Shown in pieces: positions 56,732-64,000 of a DNA stretch of 64,000 bases. Origin of the DNA: a virus (taxonomy: Duplodnaviria; Heunggongvirae; Uroviricota; Caudoviricetes). The notes below the pieces were generated by a model, which saw only the letters and a list, made by a program, of their open reading frames with translations, was not told where the DNA came from and ran no database searches. The stretch lies in IMG/VR virus record IMGVR_UViG_2737471993_000002; one strand, given 5' to 3'. The number at the start of each line of letters is the position of its first letter. Position 1 is the first letter of the stretch. The translations under genes and the position numbers were made by a program.

Positions 56732-56757
56732 AGGCGTCCAGTTGGACGCCTTTTTTA
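56732..56757 (+). terminator. rho-independent terminator, near-identical to the one at 55594
   Basis: CAGGCGTCCA-GTTGGACGCC followed by TTTTTT; same stem sequence as the 55594 terminator. Confidence 0.7.
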
Positions 56758-56806
56758 TCGCAATTATCTTATTAAGAAAACAATTTGTTTAAAAGGATAA
56801 GAAAAC

Positions 56807-57232
56807 ATGACAGCTATTAAGAAACTCTACGATGCCGCAAACGTGGCTCTGGATGTTATTGATGATGAAGCAGCAAAAGGCTTTCCTGAACCTGATTGGG
56901 CGCATCAGCTACGAAACGCTATCGCCGAAATGAATCCACCAGATCCGACCACCGACGAGACAGACTGGCAGCGATTTATCCGTATGTACGCTCAGGAAAT
57001 AGGTCCAACGCCAACGGCAGAGCAAGCAATGCTGCTGAAATACTTCAAAGAGGCGGGAGAGGATTTACCAATTGATGACTCAGCATATTGGTTCCACTGC
57101 GCATGGCGTAAGTATGACGTGATATTCACACAAGGCATGGGGAGCAAAGATATGGTTGTGTGGCATCTACTCCATATAGACACAGCCGTTGACAGAGTTA
57201 TTGAACAGTTTTTCCCTAAACAAGAAGATTGA
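56807..57232 (+). CDS. hypothetical protein
   Basis: 141-aa ORF preceded by the shared GAAAACAATTTGTTTAAAA element. Confidence 0.45.
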   Translation: MTAIKKLYDAANVALDVIDDEAAKGFPEPDWAHQLRNAIAEMNPPDPTTDETDWQRFIRMYAQEIGPTPTAEQAMLLKYFKEAGEDLPIDDSAYWFHCAWRKYDVIFTQGMGSKDMVVWHLLHIDTAVDRVIEQFFPKQED

Positions 57233-57287
57233 TCGCCTATTCATAACTAACAAAATAAGTAAACACTAACCACAAAAGGAAAAACAC

Positions 57288-57563
57288 ATGAGAGTTTTAG
57301 TTCGAATCGTTACCAGCACTGTCTATGACGTGTTTCCGCTTTTTATGGTCAAAGCCGATGGCCTTAACGACGAAGAAACTGACGCGCTGATCCAGCGTAT
57401 TCTCGTTGAATATACAGGTCATGACGCTGATTCAGTGATGGTTGATGATGATGGTGTTTGTTGGCATAACGGCAACTGTTGGTACGTAGAAGAGACTCAA
57501 CAAATCAGTGATGAAGATGCCGCACATCTTGAGCGTATTTTAAGCATCAGCACTTTTGAGTGA
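57288..57563 (+). CDS. hypothetical protein
   Basis: 91-aa acidic ORF preceded by the AAAGGAAAAACACATG leader. Confidence 0.45.
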   Translation: MRVLVRIVTSTVYDVFPLFMVKADGLNDEETDALIQRILVEYTGHDADSVMVDDDGVCWHNGNCWYVEETQQISDEDAAHLERILSISTFE

Positions 57564-57778
57564 GTTTACAGTAAAATTTATATAAGTTAGTGTCTACCTA
57601 TCATGAAGATTTTTATTGAATACTTGTTACTCATCGTTTCAATAGCTTTTGTCATCGACTGCATTTTCACCGGTGTCATTCGTAAAGTCTTTTCCCCGGT
57701 GAACGACGTAGTCATAAACGCTTTGGCTATCGTGCTCGTATTTAATTCAGCATTTGATGTAATCAAAGAGGTGGCAGC

Positions 57779-58114
57779 ATGAAGGCCATCCCATTCGCGC
57801 TGTTGTTCCTTTCTTCGATCGTTGTGGCCGACACCACTGTTTATCAGTGTGAAATGTCTGTAGCCGACGTTAAGAATGGCGCTCTTACCGACGTCATAAA
57901 AGCACCATATGGAGCGATGGTCGTAGACAGCGGCGACCAGTTCTATGTTGTGCGTGACGATCGAGTGTTGTCATCCCCATATCTCACAAATCGTAATGGC
58001 AAATTAACCGGCGTCGGAGAAGACCACTTCGTATACAACAAATACAAGGGCTTCTATGGTGTTCACGCTTCTCAGCAAAGCTACCTTTTCGATGACTGCA
58101 AGGAGGTTGGATAA
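57779..58114 (+). CDS. hypothetical secreted protein
   Basis: 111 aa with N-terminal signal peptide (MKAIPFALLFLSSIVVA). Confidence 0.45.
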   Translation: MKAIPFALLFLSSIVVADTTVYQCEMSVADVKNGALTDVIKAPYGAMVVDSGDQFYVVRDDRVLSSPYLTNRNGKLTGVGEDHFVYNKYKGFYGVHASQQSYLFDDCKEVG

Positions 58115-58326
58115 TGGCATTAACACTGGCAGGTCTGGAAATCGAGAAAACAAGCGGCTACTGGCGTGCTAAGGGTTTCAAGCAGCCTGGCATTCTTGAG
58201 CGTCTGGAACGTGAAGATGGGTATATCGTCCACCAGCGGCGTGAATGGCGTATGTACGATCCAGAAACAGGAAAACTGACTACAAAAGCCGGAACACTTT
58301 GGGGTCTGTTAAAGAAAATACACTAA
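58114..58326 (+). CDS. hypothetical protein
   Basis: 70-aa ORF coupled to the previous gene; followed by an 8-bp stem hairpin at 58336-58357. Confidence 0.4.
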   Translation: MALTLAGLEIEKTSGYWRAKGFKQPGILERLEREDGYIVHQRREWRMYDPETGKLTTKAGTLWGLLKKIH

Positions 58327-58373
58327 ATGCAAACTGACTGCGGCACGTTCCGCAGTCATATTTCATAGTCGTC

Positions 58374-58906
58374 ACCGCTGACAGCATACACAATCAACTA
58401 CCGCTGATAGCATATCGAGAGTCTATCTCACCGCTCACAGCATACTTTACTCGATTTTTTACCGCTGACAGCATACTTAAGACATTGCATGAATAATGTG
58501 TACCGGTATGGGTATAACCAGAACAAAATTACCGCTGGCAGCATACGAAGGTCTGACATATACCATTAATTACCGCTGATAGCATATCCAAACAAAAATT
58601 CCTCAATAAAACACCGCTGACAGCATACGTTCTATCAGGGAGCAGCAGGCAATAAATGCCTTTCACTACAAGCAATCAGCGCAATAGCAATAGAATGTTA
58701 GTGAGCGCAAACCTATATGGAATGCACTCTTCGAGGTTAGTAACCACTGGGGAGGTATGACAGAGCATTGAGTGGTGATAGATGATTTACCGCCCACAGC
58801 ATACGTTCATCTCACTATACCGCTGGTAGCATATATTTAACCGTTTACAGCATACTTTTCAGAAAAATAGCCGCTGATAGCATACATTTCACCGCTGACA
58901 GCATAT
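58374..58906. repeat. iteron array downstream of repA (incA-like): twelve copies of a 16-bp repeat
   Basis: ACCGCTGACAGCATAC and one- or two-base variants at 58374, 58400, 58430, 58461, 58531, 58572, 58613, 58789, 58819, 58840, 58870 and 58891, with irregular spacing and mixed spacer lengths. Confidence 0.8.
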
Positions 58907-60000
58907 CAAAGCAGTTTGAGACTATTGGAAAGGATCTCAATCATCTTGATATTTTCAGGCGTCAAATTCTGCGAAAGTTCGGTTATCTTGTTGATAATGT
59001 TCTGTTTGGCATCAATTTCCCCAGCTTTCTCATCTAGTTTTTTGGGTTCGATGTCTTCAGGTTTTGGCGGTGCGACTTTGAGTTTTGGATTGCGGCTGTG
59101 AATCTGGATATAGATCGACCGCCCTCGCTTAATCTCGCTGTATTCGAGATAACCCAAATCTTGGAGAGCTTTTAAGCCGTTGCGTATAGTCTGATTCTGC
59201 GAGCTGACATTCCTGCTACTCAAATTGAGTCGCGCACGCAATCGAGCAAGCGATACCGGCGCAGGCTTGGTTGGAAGACTTTCGATGAAGGTGTACAGAG
59301 CCTGTGCTGTTTCTTTGCGTGGTAGCTTATTGATAACCTTTAACTGCAAAAGAACCTTATGGTCAAAGCGATATAGTTCGGCCAGCTTCGGTTCTGCATA
59401 GAACACCACCGTATCTTTCTGCTCGTTGTAGTCCACGCTATTGATGAGGTGCACCATCAGAAGCGAGATCTTGTTAGAGCCGTCGACGTTCTTTTCTTCA
59501 TACGTTCTCTGGAAAGACAGAGTTGTACGCATGATCTTCAAAAGACTGTTTGTAAGCCGGTCGCGGAGTGTTTTGCGGATCTGTGACGATGGATAGCCAC
59601 AAAACTTCGCAAATTTCGTGATGCTTAACTCGACACGACCGTTAGGTTCGCCGTATTCTGCCAGCGAACGCACAACGCCCACCCACGTTTTGAAATCATG
59701 ATCCATGTCGAGACGAGGACCGGTTATCTTGATATCGGAATAGCCTTCAGAACGGGCTACTTCGAGCTGAACAAGCTCCTTTGAAGCATCGATCTCATTT
59801 GGCTTGTTACGCTTGCTGTATTTTGTCCCCTTGAGCGTGGGCACGAACAATCCCAGCCGCATCAACGCAATTGGTTGGACTGTATTGTTGCTATTAGGGA
59901 CAAGTTCCCCTGTGTACAATTCAAGGGAACCTTCTTCAAAGTTGTCGAGATTATCTTCTACTTCTTTGTTATTTTTACCTTTTTTATTTTTTGTGGACAT
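58906..60000 (-). CDS. repA: iteron-binding replication initiator RepA
   Basis: 364-aa basic protein flanked on both sides by the same 16-bp iterons. The track ORF (to 60120) is extended through the upstream iterons; the ATG at 60000 (MSTKNKKGK...) is the plausible start. Confidence 0.7.
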   Translation of the reverse strand: MSTKNKKGKNNKEVEDNLDNFEEGSLELYTGELVPNSNNTVQPIALMRLGLFVPTLKGTKYSKRNKPNEIDASKELVQLEVARSEGYSDIKITGPRLDMDHDFKTWVGVVRSLAEYGEPNGRVELSITKFAKFCGYPSSQIRKTLRDRLTNSLLKIMRTTLSFQRTYEEKNVDGSNKISLLMVHLINSVDYNEQKDTVVFYAEPKLAELYRFDHKVLLQLKVINKLPRKETAQALYTFIESLPTKPAPVSLARLRARLNLSSRNVSSQNQTIRNGLKALQDLGYLEYSEIKRGRSIYIQIHSRNPKLKVAPPKPEDIEPKKLDEKAGEIDAKQNIINKITELSQNLTPENIKMIEILSNSLKLL

Positions 60001-60020
60001 GTGGACACCTTTGTCATTCA

Positions 60021-60122
60021 ACCGCTGACAGCATACTTGATTTGCCGCTGACAGAATACCAAAAACAGTTGGCAGCATACGGTGAACCGCTGACAGACTA
60101 TCAATTACCGCTGACAGCATAC
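60021..60122. repeat. iteron array upstream of repA (incC/origin-like): four to five copies
   Basis: ACCGCTGACAGCATAC-type repeats at 60021, 60044, 60086 and 60107, plus a partial copy near 60067. Confidence 0.8.
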
Positions 60123-60162
60123 ATGAACATGGCTTCAGACCAGTCGTGGCGCGGCTTACAGC

Positions 60163-60235
60163 GATCGGGGATCTTATTTGATCTATACAAGGATCTATCT
60201 ATGGATCTCTTTATTAGGATCTATCCTGTGGATAT
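60163..60235. promoter_or_regulatory. origin-like region: six GATC sites in GGATCTAT-type repeats plus a DnaA-box-like site
   Basis: GATC at 60163, 60170, 60180, 60192, 60204 and 60218; TGTGGATAT at 60227-60235 is one mismatch from the reverse complement of the DnaA box TTATCCACA. Confidence 0.5.
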
Positions 60236-60321
60236 GTGAATAATTAAAACAGGCATTTACTACCTTCGGCGCACCTGGTGGGTTATCGTTGCCTCGGCTA
60301 ACAATCACAGAAAAATGACAT

Positions 60322-60966
60322 ATGGATCTAAAACGTACGCGCTGGGTTCGTCGTCTTGAAGACGGCTCCTACACTATCGAATCAAATTCCAACCTGAATA
60401 AGCAGAAGTTGCTTTGTGACATCTGCGGTATAGCGGCGAAGTGCCCGATCTACGAAACCAGAATTAAACTTGATAAGGCTGGTGTGAATTTTCATTTAAA
60501 CAGTTGCATCAGGTACGTTCCATTACTCGCATTTCGTAAACCGATCATCGGATTGGATGCTCCCTACTTCAACACACTCCGTTCAGGTGTGACGTGGCGA
60601 GATCGTTTATCACCAGACAAGCTGATTTGCCTCGTATCCGCAGACACAGGGAAAATCATCCGTTTTGGGAAAGTAGACAAGGTTTACTCAGGCCCAGTAG
60701 ACGAAATGTTGCGGAAACACAGCCGGTTTAATCATCTCTGTATGGGTGGTGAGAAAATCGAGAAAGTAGAAGAAGTGATCCGCAAATCCTACGGACACTT
60801 TCTGACCAAAGATAGCCTGCTCACCGCAATCTACATCAGACATGTAAAACGTGAGTTCGACCTCGAATACCACAGCGAAGAAGAGCTTAACCTTGTTGAC
60901 CCACGTCCAAAAGCTGGCGTCATAAGCATAAACGCAGCGCGTAAAAAGCCCACTGACGCGCTGTAA
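60322..60966 (+). CDS. hypothetical protein
   Basis: 214-aa ORF downstream of the origin; no recognisable motif. Confidence 0.5.
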   Translation: MDLKRTRWVRRLEDGSYTIESNSNLNKQKLLCDICGIAAKCPIYETRIKLDKAGVNFHLNSCIRYVPLLAFRKPIIGLDAPYFNTLRSGVTWRDRLSPDKLICLVSADTGKIIRFGKVDKVYSGPVDEMLRKHSRFNHLCMGGEKIEKVEEVIRKSYGHFLTKDSLLTAIYIRHVKREFDLEYHSEEELNLVDPRPKAGVISINAARKKPTDAL

Positions 60967-61220
60967 CCCTCCAGATCGTATATTGGCGTAGATAGAATCT
61001 ACGCCCCCTCAAAATAGCTCTCATAGCGTTCTACAGTGATCCTGTCTTATTTTTAGTCATACAGACAAGCAAAGTTGCGCCACGATAAATAGGTATATAC
61101 TTACTTATAAATTTTGTATATTAAGGCGCTCGTTTCATTCCTAACATACCGTTATGCATAGTTGTTTACCTCCTCATTGCTCTTAGAATTTGTATCAAAA
61201 TAACCACAAAGGAAAAATAC

Positions 61221-62306
61221 ATGACTTTGCCATACGGCGTCATTTCTGACTGCCACTACCACAAATGGGATGCGTTCTCCACGACGAACGCTGAGGGGCT
61301 TAACTCCAGACTTGAAATACAGTTGGAAGCAACGAAAGAAGCAGCCATCGCCATGAAGAAGGCCGGTTGTAAGTACATGTTGGTTGCCGGTGATACATTT
61401 CACGTCCGAGGAACTGTGTCCCCTTCTGTTTTGCATTACGTAACTGAAACGTACAAGTGGATTATCAACGAGCTTGATCTGACAGTAGTAATGCTGGCCG
61501 GTAATCACGATCTTGAAACCAACGATTCAGTATATAGCGCCAACGCAGCAGCATCGCTGAGTTCTATCGGCGTGGTAATCGTATGTGGCAAGCGCCCACA
61601 CTCAATAAAAATTGGTGATGTGACTGTCCACCTGATTAGCTGGCGTAACAATCATGCGGAGCTTATCAGCGATCTGAAAGCATTACGTAAGAGCGTAGAA
61701 GGTGATAATCATGACGTTGTTATCCATACATCCATTAACAAAGCCATTCCAACAATGCCTGACGTCGGTATCGATGCGCAGGAGTTAAAGGATATCGGCT
61801 TTCGTCTCGTGCTTAGTGGGCATTACCACAACCACAAAGAGGTCATTCCTGGAGTTATCAGTGTCGGTGCACTGACTCATCAAAATTGGGGAGATGTTGG
61901 ATCTCTGGCTGGCTACATGATCGTAAACCCGGACGGCAGTTTCAGTCACTACGAAACCAGTGCGCCTAAATTCATTAACCTGGAAGATGATGTTGCTGAT
62001 GACCAAATTCGCGGCAACTACGTGCGTTTCCGCGCCGTAATTGAGAACGATGAAGAAGGCATTAAGTACCAGAACATCCTCAAAACAATGGGTGCAAAAG
62101 GTGTCGTGTGCAACTTCATCCGTAAGTCATCAATGATGGAAGGGACAGCCAGCACAACTGAAACCAGCAAAATCGATAGCCTGGGAGAGTCGGTATCTGC
62201 TTATTGCAAGATTGTCCACGATACTGACGGCGGATTTGATCTGAGCAAATTGGATATTTTGTGTCAGGAAATCCTCACCGAAGCGGAGAGTTCGGAGGCT
62301 GTGTGA
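61221..62306 (+). CDS. SbcD/Mre11-family nuclease (T4 gp47-like)
   Basis: Calcineurin-like phosphoesterase motifs DCHYH, GDTFH, GNHD and GHYH in canonical order. Confidence 0.7.
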   Translation: MTLPYGVISDCHYHKWDAFSTTNAEGLNSRLEIQLEATKEAAIAMKKAGCKYMLVAGDTFHVRGTVSPSVLHYVTETYKWIINELDLTVVMLAGNHDLETNDSVYSANAAASLSSIGVVIVCGKRPHSIKIGDVTVHLISWRNNHAELISDLKALRKSVEGDNHDVVIHTSINKAIPTMPDVGIDAQELKDIGFRLVLSGHYHNHKEVIPGVISVGALTHQNWGDVGSLAGYMIVNPDGSFSHYETSAPKFINLEDDVADDQIRGNYVRFRAVIENDEEGIKYQNILKTMGAKGVVCNFIRKSSMMEGTASTTETSKIDSLGESVSAYCKIVHDTDGGFDLSKLDILCQEILTEAESSEAV

Positions 62307-62535
62307 AGCAAAGTCGTTATGGGAGCTTTCGAGACTTTGCCATCACGATGAAAAGACTTGAACGAGGCCAGACGGTGATGTTTCACAAGCCCTACCCGCC
62401 ACAAGGAAATCCCGTAGCGTTTTATCTTGGAAGGTTAACAAGAAAAGGCGTATTGAGGCGCAGATCCTTCCCGGCGCATACGGAGTTCAGATTGAAAGAA
62501 GGCCAAAAGCTAACACACGGTATCAGAGGTGTTAT

Positions 62536-64000
62536 ATGAAGTTTTTAAAGCTCCAGGTTGAGAATTTTATGGCTATCGCCAGCGCGGAGGTCGAGTTAGA
62601 TCAGCGTGGTTTAGTGCTTATTCAGGGTGTTAATAGTGATGATAGTTCCGCATCAAGTAATGGCTCTGGAAAGTCAACTCTAATGAATAGCCTGATGTGG
62701 TGTCTTTATGGCGAAACAGCTCATGGTGTGAAGGGTGACGATGTGTTGTCTACCGACCATGAAAAGAACTGTCGTGTTGCAGTAACCATCGAGGATGAAG
62801 GCAAGAGATACGCAATCATTCGTCACCGTAAACACAAAGAGTTCAAAAATCGTCTTATCGTTCGTGGTGAAGATGGCGATATGACGAAAGGCAAAGATGC
62901 GCTGACGCAGGAGTTCGTCGAGCGTCTGATCGGTGCATCTAAAGAGGTTTTCATGGCTTCCATCTATGCGAGCCAAGAAGCTATGCCAGATTTACCTGGA
63001 ATGTCCGACAAAAACCTCAAAACCATCGTAGAAGAAGCCGCTGGCGTTGACAGACTGACACGCGCCTACGCTATTGCTCGTGAGCGAGCTAATGCAGCTG
63101 CCGCACGTATGGATGTGGTTAAAACCAAATTGGAGTCGACAATCTCGACCATTGAGGCAACACAGTCAGAAATTGAGTCAGCGAAAGCCTCCTCTGAATC
63201 ATGGGAGCAAGAGCGTTCTAAACGTTATGACGATGCCCTGGCTGGGCTGGCCAGTGCCGAAGTTGAGTTAACGGAAGTTGAACTTGAGATCCGCACTCTT
63301 CCCGAACAGATACGTGATACCGAGAAGGCAATCGAAAGTGAGCGCAAAAAGTTAGCCTCAAAAGAAGAACATGACGCCAAGTTGCTCAAAGTTCGTGGTG
63401 CGATAACTGATATTCGGGCAAGCATCAAAGCTACAGAAAATAGTCAGGCTGATGCAATGAGCCGCGCGCGCAATTTTAAGACCAAAGCAGAAGAGGTTGG
63501 TACTAAAGTAGGATCACCATGCCCTACTTGTGGCAAAGCCTACTGCGAAGAAGATCTATCAACGGTGAAGGAGAATTTCATTGAACAAGCACGTCAGGAA
63601 ATTGGTCAGGCGAAGACACTTGCAGAGGCAATGGCTAAACACAAAACGAATCTTGAGAAAGCGTTAAGCATTGAGTCTGCCCTTGTTAAAACGACACCTG
63701 ATGTAACGGCTATCATTGCCCGGATTGAAGAGCTTACGAAACAACTCTCATCTTTGCGTCATCGTGAGAAGGAGGTTGTTGCTATTGAGTCTCTTGTGAC
63801 TCGTGCTCGTACTGAGGTCGATCGTATATCAAAAGAGATTAATCCGTTTATTGCTCTTATCGCCAGACACGAAGATAACTTGGTATCCAGTAAGTCTACC
63901 TTCAAGTCCTTAAAAGATGAGTTGAAGGCTATTCAGGAACAAACGTTGCTATTGGAAAAAGCTCGTCAGGTCTACTCTCCTGCCGGGGTGCGTTCTCATA
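62536..64000 (+). CDS. SbcC/Rad50-family ATPase (T4 gp46-like), 5' partial, runs off the window
   Basis: N-terminal Walker A (NGSGKST) after MKFLKLQVENF, then a long coiled-coil; frame is open to the window end. Not in the ORF track because no stop is reached. Confidence 0.65.
   Translation, partial: MKFLKLQVENFMAIASAEVELDQRGLVLIQGVNSDDSSASSNGSGKSTLMNSLMWCLYGETAHGVKGDDVLSTDHEKNCRVAVTIEDEGKRYAIIRHRKHKEFKNRLIVRGEDGDMTKGKDALTQEFVERLIGASKEVFMASIYASQEAMPDLPGMSDKNLKTIVEEAAGVDRLTRAYAIARERANAAAARMDVVKTKLESTISTIEATQSEIESAKASSESWEQERSKRYDDALAGLASAEVELTEVELEIRTLPEQIRDTEKAIESERKKLASKEEHDAKLLKVRGAITDIRASIKATENSQADAMSRARNFKTKAEEVGTKVGSPCPTCGKAYCEEDLSTVKENFIEQARQEIGQAKTLAEAMAKHKTNLEKALSIESALVKTTPDVTAIIARIEELTKQLSSLRHREKEVVAIESLVTRARTEVDRISKEINPFIALIARHEDNLVSSKSTFKSLKDELKAIQEQTLLLEKARQVYSPAGVRSH

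Noticed and set aside
58374-60122. The iteron arrays as a possible CRISPR array
   Set aside because: The repeats are 16 bp with variable, mostly short spacers and point variants, they flank a Rep-type initiator gene on both sides, and no cas gene is present. This is an iteron replicon.
59991-60239. ORFs 59991..60239 (plus), 59804..60028 (plus) and the first 40 codons of the track ORF 58906..60120
   Set aside because: They read through the iterons and the GATC/DnaA-box origin region; the real repA start is more plausibly the ATG at 60000.
62261-62539. 92-aa ORF between the SbcD-like and SbcC-like genes
   Set aside because: It overlaps the SbcD-like 3' end in another frame with no clear start signal; kept only as a possible small gene and not called.

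Overview
The window reads as one contiguous stretch of a tailed dsDNA phage genome that also carries a plasmid-type maintenance module, so I interpret it as a phage-plasmid. Its architecture (lambda-like siphovirus tail genes, P1-like iteron replicon, parA, cobT/cobS-like pair, phage dnaE, tRNA cluster) recalls SSU5/pHCM2-type elements of Enterobacteriaceae, but that attribution is from memory and no database search was run. Gene order, almost all on the + strand: end of a head gene, putative major capsid protein, Ig-like decoration protein, head-tail joining genes, major tail protein, G/T-like chaperones, tape measure (1530 aa), gpM/L/K/I/J-like tail tip genes, a 1342-aa tail fibre, a lysis-like cassette, ParA plus a small partner, helicase, primase, ATP-dependent ligase, four tRNAs, a tyrosine recombinase with an XRE-type regulator, CobT-like vWA and CobS-like AAA proteins, DNA polymerase III alpha, a cold-shock protein, a T4-like recombination set (gp32-like SSB, FEN, RecA/UvsX-like, SbcD/SbcC-like), and a repA gene flanked by 16-bp iterons with a GATC cluster and DnaA-box-like site. 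The best candidates for an undescribed system are two strongly AT-rich single-gene insertions in an otherwise roughly balanced-GC backbone: a KAP-family P-loop NTPase (26433..28136) and a membrane-anchored 444-aa protein on the minus strand next to the tRNAs (38593..39927). Neither could be confirmed as a defence gene from sequence alone. Other points worth a second look are a recurrent AT-rich palindromic intergenic motif, related long hairpins bracketing the tRNA cluster, a cluster of paralogous small membrane proteins, and a HicA/HicB-like pair. All calls rest on reading the six-frame translations and the DNA by eye; coordinates follow the ORF track except where a better start is argued.
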